A DNA stretch of 64,000 nucleotides from a virus, in the IMG/VR virus record IMGVR_UViG_3300001683_000001, positions 16,647 to 80,646 of that record. One strand, written 5' to 3'. Of the stretch, positions 8,189 through 19,353 are shown piece by piece. The position numbers and the translations under genes are program-made. The notes beneath the pieces are model-generated. The model was not told the DNA's origin. It ran no database searches and was given only the letters and a program-made list of their open reading frames with translations. Numbering within the stretch: the first letter of the stretch is position 1; the number at the start of each line of letters is the position of its first letter.

Positions 8189-11100
8189 TGGCTTCTATCA
8201 AACAGGAGATTACCAAGCCGTTCTCGCGGATGCAGAATGGCCTTGTCGAAATCCAACGATGGTGGCCCGCCTATGTGAAGAACGACGGGGTGGGTGGCTT
8301 GACGGTCAGTCCGACTCTCTACGCCACGAACTTCGGCCCCAAGACCAACGCTGATGAGGGTGGTCTGAACGACGAATCAAACACACCGGGAGTCAGGGTC
8401 GAGGTCATTGACGACGACGGCACAACGACCGCTGGAACCTACACCCTGACCATCTCCGGCTCAGGGACCATGAACCCTCGCGTGACCGTCAATTACAATG
8501 GCGTCACCTACGCTTGGATGCTCGTTGCTCCGAGTGCAGAGGGAGTCAGCACCACCGTAGTTCAAACGACATACGAGGTGGACCCCATAGGAGGGAATGA
8601 CGAAGTAGCCACCGCTGGCTCTCCGTCGAAGAAGCCGACCAATTACACCGGACCATTCCCGGTCTTCCAAACCATCCAAGAGTTCGCTGAGATGCTCGAC
8701 ACCTACCGGCACATCGCCGTAGGAGGCGGGACTGTGACTGACGACAGGAAGAAGGCGTGGCTTCCACATGGTCTGATTGGTCGAGATGGAGTGTCGTCTG
8801 CGGCTGTTTTACCCGACATGGATGCCGACCCCCGAATCACTTCCGCCGAGTATGACGACACGATGAAAATCCGAGCGACGGTCTTCATGCCGATGATGCT
8901 CGACAACAACCAATTCGACAAGCGAATCACCGGTGCAGATGTGTCGTTCGCTTGGCCTGAGAATCCTCTTGATACACTTTGGGATGGCCTCAAGCAACAG
9001 GGCATCACTCGCTACGATGCTGACCCTACGGGAGCCGACAAGACCACTATCCGCTACAAAGAGTGCGGGTATTCCGGCGACCACCTTCTCGGAGCCGTTG
9101 GAGCGTGGTCATACTACCAAAATGCCGCGACCTACAAATCCACAGGTGGAAGCACGACAACCAACATGGGATTCGGGAACCCCGACATCTCTCTCGACAC
9201 GACCGCCTCCATAGGTCCGAAGTATCGGATGAGGATGGCTCTCGCTTGCTTCCTCAAGGACGGCACATACACACTCAACGACGGGGGCGACATCATCCCC
9301 TACATCTACGACCCGGACCGCACCATTGGAGGCACGAATACGGACACCCTCTATGCGGTGTGGGACGGCAAGAAGGGCTACGGCACATCTCAGCCTATCA
9401 AGGACGATTGCTCGGCTCAGATTTACCCCATGTTCGACTTCGTGCAGGGGCCACTCACACCAGCATCTCAGGGCAACAATTTCGATTCATCGGTGGTGGA
9501 ACAGGAGGCTATGTGGTGGCCCGCCATCAAGACCTCTCAAGCCCTCAACACTACTCAGATAATCAACCCTCGACAGTTCCTCGTCAGGCCCAATCCTAAA
9601 CGCACCAAAATACTCGCAATCGAGAAGAGCAATACGGGTTCCATCAAAGTCTATATCGACGCGAACTCGACGGATGGAGTGACCTTCACCGGAGGTCCTC
9701 AGATGCCGGTGTTCATCAGCGGAATGACCGGTTCCCTCGGCACAGATGCCGACAACGCAAGCACCCGCTGGAACGCCAATGACGATGGGGATAGGGGAAC
9801 CGCTGCTTGGTGGGCGTGGGGGATTGAGAATAAGATTGACCATAACGGGTGGTGGCTGATGAATGCGGTGAGTGCTGTGACGACAGGCAATTTTGGAATC
9901 GGCACGAAGACCTACCAAAGCATCGAGATTCTCTTAGCAAATGATGTGTGGTCAAGCACCGCCACATCTCTCTACTCGCTGGTGTCGTCAGACGCCTACA
10001 TCACACAGGGTCGGTTGGGAGGGCCGCGCGATGACCGAGGCTACAATGGAATCCAAATGCAGATGACGGCGGGAATTGGTTCAGGGGCTTTCGATGGTCT
10101 GAGAGGGACATCAACAGGGTTCTTCGCAGGGTGTGGTCAGCCTGATAGTTCGGCTCCGGTCGGAGGTTCCACAGACACAACCTATCCGGGTCGTCCGACG
10201 CTGTATGAACCCGAACAGACGAACTCTGATGGACAGGTCGTGAGCGCGACGAACTTCACGGCTCGGAGCATCAGTATCAGAGCCGCCGATGACCTACGAT
10301 TTGCTACTGCTCCCACCGTGTCTTCGTTAGGTGGCGGGGTCCTTCGACTACCGCCTCCGATTGGTTGGGATATTGCGAAATTATACTACACCGGCAACAA
10401 CAGCATAGCCGTGTCCACATACAGGGATTATCTCACTCAAGCATCCGGCGGAATCACAACCAAAGGTGCGCTCAATTCACGGTGGTCTGCGCGAGGTATT
10501 CACATTCCGTTTTGGTCATACATCAACGAGGATGGTCGCCATGCTTGGGACCACACCAAACCCGGAACAGGAGGGGGAACATGGCTCTATGGTCGCAACC
10601 GTCCCTTCCCTCCGAGTGAGAGGGTCGGAACCCGATGTGCCTACTCGCCCTCGCTACTGCCTGACGCGACGACCGCAGGTGGCTATACAGCAACCGCAAC
10701 CGGGAACTATCTCGGTGCTGGTGTCGAGTCCACGAAGTATGGATTGACCGAGATGGGTTGCTCTCCGGTATGGCTGGACATGGAGATGCGCGCCTTCGTG
10801 CCTGTGCGTGACCAACGCCTTGTCCTCATCGAGTTCGACAACGGGGTATCGTATGGGAGGACAGGCAGACACTCGATGTTCACACAGGGAGGGACCGAGA
10901 ACTCCCTGTTCGGTCATGGCTTCTATCCCGTATGGGATGGGACCGGCATGGGAACCGGGTCTTTTGCGGATAACTACCCTATGGTGAAGACGACCTACGA
11001 TTTTAATCACATTATGGGAACAGCGGCGGAAATCAACCTCGGCTCCAATCCTCCTGATATGTCGCATAACCTCCCGACCTACACGACCAACCGTCCCGCG

Positions 11101-12891
11101 CTGTGGGTGTGGGGCGCGGGGGGGAACTTCTTCACCTCTGATTGGTCGGAGGATTTAGCAGACCGATTCCCCATCACAGGGGCCGGTGGAAATCATGGTT
11201 GGGGAGGTCTTGGGAATGGCTACGGCTACGGCACTCCAACCTCTATTGTAGAGGGAACCCATTTGATGAGAGTCGTCTTCACCGAAGGGGGCATGAAGTA
11301 TATCCTCGATGGGTCGAACATGGGAACCGATGTGACCAGCGCACAGCCCGTTTGGGGCATGACTGTGAAGGTCGCTGATGCTTGCGTATTCGACCAAGAG
11401 GGAACTCTGAATAACGAGCAAGGCACATCGAACTCACCCATCCGTCCGAACATGAATATGAGTCACAGCGATTTGCAGATTGACGCCCTCACGCTCAGGC
11501 AGATACCGACGCCAGCGATGGTTCCATTCAAGGTTGATAGCATGAAACAACAGCCATCCAATGTGGCGCGATTCACCTCCCTAACGATGGAGGTGGAAAA
11601 TGTGAGCGCGTCGAAGGGCATGGACATCACGGCGACACTCCTTGAACCACCAACGACTCTCAATGGAATGCAGACAGAGGCATCCACCGTCATCACCGGA
11701 TTCGATGATGTGAGTCTTGGAATCGCCGGAGGATATGGCTCACTCGATTTGACGGGTCTGCCGACCTCGGCCATCACCAATGGGTTCGTCATCAGGTGGA
11801 ACTTCTACATCCCCCATTCCAACCAGCCGGACTACCATCCGATTGATTGGAACGCGACTCCAATAATCAGGTCTTGGGAGGTCATTTACGACATCACACC
11901 GACATCGGCTCTGACCTGCATTGGGAACACCTTCAACGGCGACACGACACCACCCATAGACAGCAAGGTCGGCAACATGGTGTCGTTCCGAGGAACAGGA
12001 ACCACCACCGATGCCGACCTCAAGATAGCGAAGGTCAAGTTCGACTTCGGTGATGGTGTGGTGACGGGCTGGATTCCCTTCGCTGACCTCACTCTCGCCA
12101 CCACTACCTACGATGCCGCCCATGTCTATACGAAGGCAGGGACCTTCTCTGCCGTTGCATACGCGATGGACGACTCAGACAACGAGAGCGTGGCTTCCAC
12201 AGCCATCTCCGTCGTTGTCGCAGAGGGGTTGCCGGTTGCAGTTCTCAGAGCAACGCCCGGACGCATCTATAAGACGAACGACATCACCCTCGATGGCTCG
12301 TCTTCCTACATCATATCGAGTGATGCGAGCCGGACCATTTCTCAGTATGTCTTCACGCCGGGTGACGGGTCCTCCGCTACTACCCAATCGGGTTCCTCTC
12401 TCACCCACACCTACAACACCGCAGGGGAATACACCGCGACCCTCACGGTCAAGGACAACGCAACACCTCAGAATACCTCTATCGCCGCCTCGGTCATAGT
12501 GGAGATTCTTGCGGCAGACACGGCTGTTGATTTGCTGGCTCAATTGAATACTCGACCTGCCGCATTCCAAGAGCAACAAAGTGCATCTCTTGGAATTACT
12601 CCGGTTCTCGATACAGCCTATCCCGAAGTGTCCGATACCGGCCAACGCACAGACGAGTTCCTCTTGACCGGTTCGTTCCTCAAAGGCACATCCACAGCAG
12701 ACATCACAATCATGCAGGGCTACCTCGCTGACGGGACTCTCCTTGCGATAGAATGGGAAACTACCGATTGGTCAGGCAACGCATCAGTCAAGACCTTCAC
12801 AGGGAGGATGATGTCCTTCGACTTCGATAGGGAAGGTGGAAGTCATGGTGAAACACCCTACTCTGCAACATTCGTCCGAGATACTGCGTGA
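8188..12891 (+). CDS. Large tail tip / adhesin protein with two C-terminal PKD domains
   Basis: 1567 aa, G/T/S-rich; FDFGDG..HVYTKAGTF and FTPGDG..HTYNTAGEYTATLTV; directly after the tape measure gene. Confidence 0.75.
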   Translation: MASIKQEITKPFSRMQNGLVEIQRWWPAYVKNDGVGGLTVSPTLYATNFGPKTNADEGGLNDESNTPGVRVEVIDDDGTTTAGTYTLTISGSGTMNPRVTVNYNGVTYAWMLVAPSAEGVSTTVVQTTYEVDPIGGNDEVATAGSPSKKPTNYTGPFPVFQTIQEFAEMLDTYRHIAVGGGTVTDDRKKAWLPHGLIGRDGVSSAAVLPDMDADPRITSAEYDDTMKIRATVFMPMMLDNNQFDKRITGADVSFAWPENPLDTLWDGLKQQGITRYDADPTGADKTTIRYKECGYSGDHLLGAVGAWSYYQNAATYKSTGGSTTTNMGFGNPDISLDTTASIGPKYRMRMALACFLKDGTYTLNDGGDIIPYIYDPDRTIGGTNTDTLYAVWDGKKGYGTSQPIKDDCSAQIYPMFDFVQGPLTPASQGNNFDSSVVEQEAMWWPAIKTSQALNTTQIINPRQFLVRPNPKRTKILAIEKSNTGSIKVYIDANSTDGVTFTGGPQMPVFISGMTGSLGTDADNASTRWNANDDGDRGTAAWWAWGIENKIDHNGWWLMNAVSAVTTGNFGIGTKTYQSIEILLANDVWSSTATSLYSLVSSDAYITQGRLGGPRDDRGYNGIQMQMTAGIGSGAFDGLRGTSTGFFAGCGQPDSSAPVGGSTDTTYPGRPTLYEPEQTNSDGQVVSATNFTARSISIRAADDLRFATAPTVSSLGGGVLRLPPPIGWDIAKLYYTGNNSIAVSTYRDYLTQASGGITTKGALNSRWSARGIHIPFWSYINEDGRHAWDHTKPGTGGGTWLYGRNRPFPPSERVGTRCAYSPSLLPDATTAGGYTATATGNYLGAGVESTKYGLTEMGCSPVWLDMEMRAFVPVRDQRLVLIEFDNGVSYGRTGRHSMFTQGGTENSLFGHGFYPVWDGTGMGTGSFADNYPMVKTTYDFNHIMGTAAEINLGSNPPDMSHNLPTYTTNRPALWVWGAGGNFFTSDWSEDLADRFPITGAGGNHGWGGLGNGYGYGTPTSIVEGTHLMRVVFTEGGMKYILDGSNMGTDVTSAQPVWGMTVKVADACVFDQEGTLNNEQGTSNSPIRPNMNMSHSDLQIDALTLRQIPTPAMVPFKVDSMKQQPSNVARFTSLTMEVENVSASKGMDITATLLEPPTTLNGMQTEASTVITGFDDVSLGIAGGYGSLDLTGLPTSAITNGFVIRWNFYIPHSNQPDYHPIDWNATPIIRSWEVIYDITPTSALTCIGNTFNGDTTPPIDSKVGNMVSFRGTGTTTDADLKIAKVKFDFGDGVVTGWIPFADLTLATTTYDAAHVYTKAGTFSAVAYAMDDSDNESVASTAISVVVAEGLPVAVLRATPGRIYKTNDITLDGSSSYIISSDASRTISQYVFTPGDGSSATTQSGSSLTHTYNTAGEYTATLTVKDNATPQNTSIAASVIVEILAADTAVDLLAQLNTRPAAFQEQQSASLGITPVLDTAYPEVSDTGQRTDEFLLTGSFLKGTSTADITIMQGYLADGTLLAIEWETTDWSGNASVKTFTGRMMSFDFDREGGSHGETPYSATFVRDTA

Positions 12892-12934
12892 GAGGGGTAG
12901 GGATTCATAACGAGAATCGAAGGCGGTGTGGTTG

Positions 12935-13243
12935 ATGGATGAAGAATACGATGAAGATGAAATTGCAGAAGCGATGAAGAATATGCACTCTCAGAACCAG
13001 CGAGTAGAGGTCATCATCAGTCAGACCATGATGGAGATTGAGATTGAACTCTCGGAGATGGAGATACAGTTCTCCGACCTCCCTGTTCAGGATGCCGAGA
13101 TTGCAGGTCGAGAAGCATACAGGATTGCGGAGGAACAGGGATTGCTCGACCCCGAAGATTTGGAACTGTTCTCGTTGATGTTCAGAGAGGCTCTGTTTAA
13201 CGGCATCCGACTCAACCGAACCTTCATTGAAGCATGGTCTTGA
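12935..13243 (+). CDS. Hypothetical acidic protein
   Basis: About 102 aa; TTCATAACG motif 31 nt upstream of the ATG. Confidence 0.6.
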   Translation: MDEEYDEDEIAEAMKNMHSQNQRVEVIISQTMMEIEIELSEMEIQFSDLPVQDAEIAGREAYRIAEEQGLLDPEDLELFSLMFREALFNGIRLNRTFIEAWS

Positions 13244-13254
13244 GAAGACGCGCG

Positions 13255-13346
13255 TAGAGCGTGTCGAGGCCATCTGCGGTCAATTGGGGCCTCTAACCGA
13301 CTCGACACGCTCTATGGGGCCTCTATTGGTTCAGAATCGGCAAGAA
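13255..13346 (-). repeat. ~90-bp dispersed repeat copy
   Basis: 14-bp stem TAGAGCGTGTCGAG/CTCGACACGCTCTA plus GGGGCCTCTATTGGTTCAGAATCGGCAAGAA. Confidence 0.8.
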
Positions 13347-13401
13347 TCTGCTCATGTGGGTTCCCGAATCGTGATGAACCGTGAGAATCAGGTCAGAGGG
13401 T

Positions 13402-14466
13402 ATGGCGAACTCGATAGTCGTGACCATCAACAATAGCACAGCCCTGAGTGGAGTCCGTCGCGTGAGGATGCGGCGAACCATGAACGCACCATCTTCGGCT
13501 ACGGTTGAAATCAACAATGTCGCAAATGTCCGAGGCTTCTCTGCCGACAGAGGTGATACCATCAAGATTCAGGCCAGCCCACGCGGTCCTCGCTCTCTCG
13601 TCCCGACCGTGTTCTACGGGACAATCACAGACATCGAAACCACATCCTCGACATTCACCATCACGGCTCTCGACACCCTCGGCCTTCTCGGCAACGAAAT
13701 CATCCTGACCAATCCTTCATCCATAGCCACACAGGAAGATGCGGCAACGGTGGTGAAGCAGATTGTCGCTGATTCCAATTACGACCTCTCACTCGATGGG
13801 ATGATTGGCGAAACCAATGTTGTCCTATCAGCGGGACTCAACCTCGTAGGGAAGACTCGATTGGCGGGAGTGCAGAGTGTCCTCTCGTTGGTGAATTGCA
13901 TCCCGGCTAAGTTCGTTATCGAGGCCGACATGGACAAGGCTGGAATTAGGTTGCTCCAATTACATGAGGTGGAAGACACATCAGTCACTCCCTACACCGC
14001 TGGAAGTCTTCCGCGAACGAGCGACCCCCTCGACCTCTATCCCACCATGATAGAACGGAATGAGGACGAGGTGGATTTGGTCAATTTAGTGACGGTCAAA
14101 AACACCTCGCTGAACATCCAAGTCACAGAGCCAATTACTGTTCCAACCAATCCAATCCACAGGCTCTACGAAGAAAACTCAATCACGGATGAAACCCAAG
14201 CCCGGTTGTTTGCTCGACAGACCCTCCAACAGCAGGGTCGCACGAAGGCCCGATGGGATGTGGAAGCACAGCCTGAGAGATTCGACATCAAGGCTGGCGA
14301 CATCATTAGTTTTGCATCGGTGGATGGTGGTCTTGCAGGGAGGCAGAGAGTGTTCGATGTCCGTTGGACTTTCCAACCATCAGGCTCATCCACATTCCTC
14401 TCCGTCGGACGGCAAGAACCTGACTTCCTCTCGGCTCTCAGATTCGCCTCCAATCTCTCGACCTGA
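13402..14466 (+). CDS. Baseplate hub / minor tail protein
   Basis: VFYGTITDI..TITALDTLGLL and IKAGDII..RVFDVRW patterns of hub-like proteins. Confidence 0.65.
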   Translation: MANSIVVTINNSTALSGVRRVRMRRTMNAPSSATVEINNVANVRGFSADRGDTIKIQASPRGPRSLVPTVFYGTITDIETTSSTFTITALDTLGLLGNEIILTNPSSIATQEDAATVVKQIVADSNYDLSLDGMIGETNVVLSAGLNLVGKTRLAGVQSVLSLVNCIPAKFVIEADMDKAGIRLLQLHEVEDTSVTPYTAGSLPRTSDPLDLYPTMIERNEDEVDLVNLVTVKNTSLNIQVTEPITVPTNPIHRLYEENSITDETQARLFARQTLQQQGRTKARWDVEAQPERFDIKAGDIISFASVDGGLAGRQRVFDVRWTFQPSGSSTFLSVGRQEPDFLSALRFASNLST

Positions 14467-14529
14467 GAAATCAGGCTGGAATCGCACTTTCCTCGCGTGT
14501 GCGCGCACACCTGCGCGCGAGAGTCGCTC

Positions 14530-14545
14530 ATGTTCTGCGGAACAT
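14530..14545. promoter_or_regulatory. Palindrome box + CG tract
   Basis: ATGTTCTGCGGAACAT. Confidence 0.85.
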
Positions 14546-14690
14546 TTTAATCAAAACACAAGAACGGGAGGTCGCCTTGACGGCAAACAGGGACAGCCGA
14601 GGCTATGTCCCGAATCATATCGGAGCCGAGCCGAGCCTCGCGCGCGTGAGCGCGCGTGCGCTTATGCCCGCGTAGTTCGCGCGATGCCGA

Positions 14691-14788
14691 AAGGGACCGT
14701 CGGCGTGGTCAGAAAATGCGATATTGAGGTCGAAACCTATTGATTTGCCCTATCTATTGATATAGGGGAGGCCGACGCAGGTCATTAC
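14691..14788 (+). promoter_or_regulatory. Class C extended promoter
   Basis: ~100-bp block homologous to 20922-21018; TTGATATAGGGG at -32. Confidence 0.7.
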
Positions 14789-15562
14789 ATGACCTGCGAA
14801 ATGAAGCCGAACAACACTCCAACCAGCCGAGGTTCCGTCGGAGTATGCTACGCTGCCGACCGCACCGACATCCAAGTCACTCACAGCCTTGAGAGCAACG
14901 GATGGAAGCCATGCAAGATGGGAGTCCTTGCGAACTTCTCAGTAGCGGCCCTCAAGGAACTCGGCCTCTCGACCTACCGCATCAACAGAATCGCAATCAA
15001 GTATGTCTTCGTCGAGGCTGGAACACAGACCCGATACGACGAGATTCGGAATGAGCCATCTTGGCTCGGCCTCTGCATGAATGAGGGCAAGTCACAACAC
15101 GGCGGGATGGATTGGCATGGGAACAAAATCCCTCAAACTCACTACTTCACCATCTATGTCCTCACCACCAAGAGGGTCAGGGGAGAGGTCATTCGCCGCC
15201 CTCTCAACGAGGTCATGCAGACTATCACTCACGAACTCGTCCATGTGGCTCAGGGAGCCGAGGACCGCCTTCACTACACCTACTACAACAAGGGCTGGAA
15301 GGTTCGCTACACGACCCCATCGGGAACCAGCATGACCTACTATCAGGGAGAGGACGAACTCTCATGGGAAGACCGAGGCCATGAGTGGGAGGCCGTCAGC
15401 CACCAGCGCGTGACCCTCGCCAACATCCTCAACCCGGACCACGATTCCCTCACCGTTCGCATCAAGGGCCTCAACCATGAGGACGCAAACAACGGCTGGA
15501 ATGTTCGCTACAATGAGATGGAGATGTCCTTCAATTACACCGAGATGGAGATGTCGGCATGA
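14789..15562 (+). CDS. Zincin-like metallopeptidase (HExxH), paralog 1
   Basis: TITHELVHVAQ...WEDRGHEWEA. Confidence 0.75.
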   Translation: MTCEMKPNNTPTSRGSVGVCYAADRTDIQVTHSLESNGWKPCKMGVLANFSVAALKELGLSTYRINRIAIKYVFVEAGTQTRYDEIRNEPSWLGLCMNEGKSQHGGMDWHGNKIPQTHYFTIYVLTTKRVRGEVIRRPLNEVMQTITHELVHVAQGAEDRLHYTYYNKGWKVRYTTPSGTSMTYYQGEDELSWEDRGHEWEAVSHQRVTLANILNPDHDSLTVRIKGLNHEDANNGWNVRYNEMEMSFNYTEMEMSA

Positions 15563-15848
15563 AGACCGAGAGATTCCTCGACGACCTGACGGCCGAAATC
15601 TTCGGGGGGTCGAACTGAGATGAGCGTGCAGATTCCCGCATGGTCTTTCGGCCTCATGGTGGTTGTGAGTATGCCCTTCGGAATGCTTCTCGTATGGGCC
15701 TTCGCTTCCGGCAAAATTACCCTCCGTCAATAGACGCATTCGACGCGCTCTATTGGCCTCTTTTCGACGAGGGTGAAATGGGTGTTTTCGGGAGGTCCTT
15801 CGCGCGTGCGCGCGCGTGGGGGTGCGCGAGCGCACGCGAGATTCGCCC

Positions 15849-15864
15849 ATGTTCCATAGAACAT
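15849..15864. promoter_or_regulatory. Palindrome box + CG tract
   Basis: ATGTTCCATAGAACAT. Confidence 0.85.
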
Positions 15865-15932
15865 TAGTCCGCACTCGGAACCGAAATCACAGCCCAAATG
15901 GTGATGACCCTCCGATATTGAGAAGTGAGTGA

Positions 15933-17450
15933 ATGGGCGATTCACTATCCACTCGACTCTCGATGGAGCAAGCGAAGGAGATAGCCCTCTATCCCGATAG
16001 GTGGGCTTGCTTCTTCCGCACCATTGACGGCAAGGAGTTCAGTCTTGCCGAGCGACCCTACCTCATTGAGATTTATCGGCACTTCACACCCAAGATGAAA
16101 AACAACAAGGCGAAGATAATCCTGTTGAAATGTTCGCGCAAAGTGGAGAAGACCGAAACCCTCTGCAACATCCTGATGTATGGCCTCCTGAACATCCCCT
16201 ACTTCAACGCCGTCTATACGGCTCCACGACAGCCGCAGGTCACACGCTTCGTGGAGGAACGACTCAACGGCGCGCTCATGTCCAGCATCAACGATGGGTG
16301 TCTGATGCGACCTCGCATCAAGCAATCTGTGAGCCATCAGACCTTTGATGTCGGAGCGCGGAACTACAACCACTTCTACGCCTACTCCAATTGGGGTGAT
16401 GCACACGCTCTGCTCGGCATCGAGGGCGACCTCTGTTGCATAGACGAATATCAGGACTCAGGTGCGGATGTTCTGCCGATGCTGTTGGAGATATTGGCGA
16501 TGTCTGATTTCAAGTGGGTGTTGATTAGCGGAACGGCGCGAGAACAGGGGTCGTCATTTTGGAAATTATGGGAGCAATCCACGAAGGGAGAGTGGGATGG
16601 AGAGAAGTGGAGTCACGGTGAGAGCGAGGACGACATCATGGGCTATCACATCAACCAATTGATGCACCCCGACATCACACAGGAAGACCTCGATATGAAG
16701 AAGCGAACCTACACTCCACGCCGATTCGCTAACGAGGTCATGGGCGAGTTCTTCGCGGGAGCCACGAAGCCCCTGACCTTCGACGAAGTTCTCGGAACAT
16801 TGGACAAAGAGCGAGAGGTAGTCAAAGGTGTGAAGCCTCCTGATGAAACCGTGATGGGAGTGGATTGGGGCAATCAGACAACGGTGATGATAATGAACGC
16901 CGAGGGAGATATTCTCAACGCGGTCAAATTAGACAGTCGTGCTGACCATGATGATGACGAGGTGGAGAGAATCAAGGAACTCATCCTCCGCTACAATTGC
17001 ACTCAGGTTGTGTGCGACATTGGCTTCGGCGCGAGGCAGGTCAAGGAACTCCAACGAGAGTTCGGGGAGAGGGTCAAGTCGTGCTACTACTCAAGCCGTC
17101 CAATGACCCCCTTTGAATATAAAAAACGGGATAATAATCGGAACCTCATCTTCATGTGCGTCGTGGACAGAACATCCTACATCGAGGACACCATCGAGGC
17201 CATCAAGAATGGGGAAGTCACAATCCCATACGCTACGACAGAATTGGAGTGGGTCATCCATGAGTGGACAGCCCTGAACTCGTCAGCGGAGAACGACTTG
17301 CTCAACACGCGCCCTGTGCGTGGTCAGACCTTGACTAAGTTCGGCAGGGACGGGGATGACCACGCCTTCCATGCGTTGCTCTATGCGAGGCTCGCGTTGG
17401 GCTTCGTCATGGACTCAGGTCTTCCGCAGATACGAGTCTTCGGAGAATAG
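15933..17450 (+). CDS. terL: Terminase large subunit (lambda GpA-like)
   Basis: RPYLIEIY, KCSRKVEKTE (variant Walker A), CIDEYQD (Walker B), MGVDWG and DDHAFHAL (nuclease domain). Confidence 0.88.
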   Translation: MGDSLSTRLSMEQAKEIALYPDRWACFFRTIDGKEFSLAERPYLIEIYRHFTPKMKNNKAKIILLKCSRKVEKTETLCNILMYGLLNIPYFNAVYTAPRQPQVTRFVEERLNGALMSSINDGCLMRPRIKQSVSHQTFDVGARNYNHFYAYSNWGDAHALLGIEGDLCCIDEYQDSGADVLPMLLEILAMSDFKWVLISGTAREQGSSFWKLWEQSTKGEWDGEKWSHGESEDDIMGYHINQLMHPDITQEDLDMKKRTYTPRRFANEVMGEFFAGATKPLTFDEVLGTLDKEREVVKGVKPPDETVMGVDWGNQTTVMIMNAEGDILNAVKLDSRADHDDDEVERIKELILRYNCTQVVCDIGFGARQVKELQREFGERVKSCYYSSRPMTPFEYKKRDNNRNLIFMCVVDRTSYIEDTIEAIKNGEVTIPYATTELEWVIHEWTALNSSAENDLLNTRPVRGQTLTKFGRDGDDHAFHALLYARLALGFVMDSGLPQIRVFGE

Positions 17451-17547
17451 ACGAATCTGACCCGATTAGAAGCCCATAGAGCGCGTCGGAGATGCTCAGG
17501 GGGTATCGGGAGGGGCAAGAGCGACAACAACCTCTACGACCCCTTCA

Positions 17548-17561
17548 TTGAAGACGGTGGG
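17548..17561 (+). promoter_or_regulatory. Class A promoter motif (XPD helicase)
   Basis: TTGAAGACGGTGGG, ATG at +31. Confidence 0.75.
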
Positions 17562-17578
17562 GCATTTCCTCCCTGTTC

Positions 17579-19318
17579 ATGCCGTTGGTGAAGATTACCA
17601 TCCCGTCGAAGTCCAATCTACCTGACCTGTGGGAAGACATCCAACCGGACTTCCCCATGCCGTCACCACGACCATACCAAGCAGAATCACTCTCGGTCAT
17701 TAAGTGGGCGTTGGACAACGACGACTTCGACAACATCGTCGTCCAAGCACCGACCGGCATCGGGAAGTCGGCCATCGCCATGACGATGCAGAAGTGGTTC
17801 CAATCGGCATACCTGCTCACTCCGACGCTCGGCCTGACTCAGCAGTATCGTCGTGACTATGGGAACATGATGAAGGAGGTCAAGGGACGAGCGAACTTCC
17901 CCTGTTGGGTGCGAACCGGCGATGCCGCCAACGCTCCCTGTTGGACGAGCAGGGGAGTCTGTCCTCACACCAAGCGGGATGACCCATGTCCCTACTACGA
18001 GCAGAAGTATGAGGCGGCTGACGCGAGGCTCACCCTGTCGAACCCTGCCTACCTGTTCCGAGTGATTCAGGGCGACACCCTGTTCGACCAGCGGGACTTC
18101 GCCATCATTGACGAGGCTCACAACATGGAGCCGTTCCTACTCGACTTGTTTGAGGTTCGCATAACCCTCAAGGACTACACGATGGTCTTCGGTCCTCGCG
18201 CGAACTTCCCCATGCACTACCACCCTGCTGATTGGGTCGAGCCTCTCACCGAGATGAGGAAGTCAGCGGAGTTCGGGATAGCGGCGGCAGAGGACAGCGG
18301 CGATGATGTCGCGCTCGACAAGTTCCGCGCTCTGCTCGACAAGACCTCGGTTGCGATTGAACTGCTCAGGAACCCGAACCAAGTGGTCGTCGAGAACGAG
18401 AGCGACAGGGCTGGTCGCTATCTGAAAATCAAACCAATCCGAGTCAAGGAAATCGCCGCTGAACGGTTGGAGCAAATCTCTCGGAAGCGCATCTTCCTAT
18501 CAGCCACCATCCTCGACATAGACACCTTCCTGAATAACCTCGGATTGGAGTCCCAACGAACCCTCTATGTGAACATCACACAGTCACCCTTCCCACCTCA
18601 GAACTTCAACATCCACATCGCTCCCTGCGGTTCGATGTCCTACGCCAAGCGAGCCAAATCTCTGCCTCGCCAAATCAACGCCATCGCCGCCATCATGGAA
18701 CGGTTCCCACACAAACGCGGGGTCATCCTCCCACACAGCCACGCCATCCGCACAGAGATAGTGGAGAGCCTCAAGGAGAGGGGCTATGGAGATAGGGTCA
18801 TCACTCACGGCTCAGACCCCAAAGGTCGCAAGGCCGCGCTCCGAGAGTTCTTTGAGAATCCGGCTGACGACCTCGTTCTCATCAGCACCTATGTCGGGGA
18901 GGGATTCGACTTCAAGGGAAGGCTGGCGGAGTGGCTGGTCATCTGCAAGATTCCCTACCTCCCAATCAAGGGCGATGCCGTCATCGAGATGCGGATGCAA
19001 GAGGACGAGCATGAGTGGCGAGCCAAGCATGAAGGCTCTCCCAAGTGTCCCTACGAGCCTCCATCGAAATACTCCAACGGCCTCTGTGGTTCCTTCTCCT
19101 GTCCGGCTCCCTGCAAGGCGTGGTATCGTCTGCAAACCGCCCTCAAGTTAGTGCAGGGTGCTGGTCGGATTATCCGAAGCCCGACCGACCGAGGACACCT
19201 GTTCATCCTCGATGGTTCTTGGGAGCGATTCGCCCGTCAGAATACGCACCTGTTCCCGGCGTGGTTCCGCAACGGTATCACCGATTGCCCGGTGTGGTTG
19301 AAGCGGCACACGGTTTAG
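17579..19318 (+). CDS. XPD/Rad3/DinG-family SF2 helicase with Fe-S cluster
   Basis: PRPYQ, APTGIGKS, four Cys after motif Ia, IIDEAH, LSAT, EGFDF, QGAGRIIRSPTDRG. Confidence 0.93.
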   Translation: MPLVKITIPSKSNLPDLWEDIQPDFPMPSPRPYQAESLSVIKWALDNDDFDNIVVQAPTGIGKSAIAMTMQKWFQSAYLLTPTLGLTQQYRRDYGNMMKEVKGRANFPCWVRTGDAANAPCWTSRGVCPHTKRDDPCPYYEQKYEAADARLTLSNPAYLFRVIQGDTLFDQRDFAIIDEAHNMEPFLLDLFEVRITLKDYTMVFGPRANFPMHYHPADWVEPLTEMRKSAEFGIAAAEDSGDDVALDKFRALLDKTSVAIELLRNPNQVVVENESDRAGRYLKIKPIRVKEIAAERLEQISRKRIFLSATILDIDTFLNNLGLESQRTLYVNITQSPFPPQNFNIHIAPCGSMSYAKRAKSLPRQINAIAAIMERFPHKRGVILPHSHAIRTEIVESLKERGYGDRVITHGSDPKGRKAALREFFENPADDLVLISTYVGEGFDFKGRLAEWLVICKIPYLPIKGDAVIEMRMQEDEHEWRAKHEGSPKCPYEPPSKYSNGLCGSFSCPAPCKAWYRLQTALKLVQGAGRIIRSPTDRGHLFILDGSWERFARQNTHLFPAWFRNGITDCPVWLKRHTV

Positions 19319-19323
19319 CACAG

Positions 19324-19337
19324 TTCAAGACGGTGGG
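19324..19337 (+). promoter_or_regulatory. Class A promoter motif
   Basis: TTCAAGACGGTGGG, ATG at +30. Confidence 0.75.
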
Positions 19338-19353
19338 GATTGACCATACTTGC

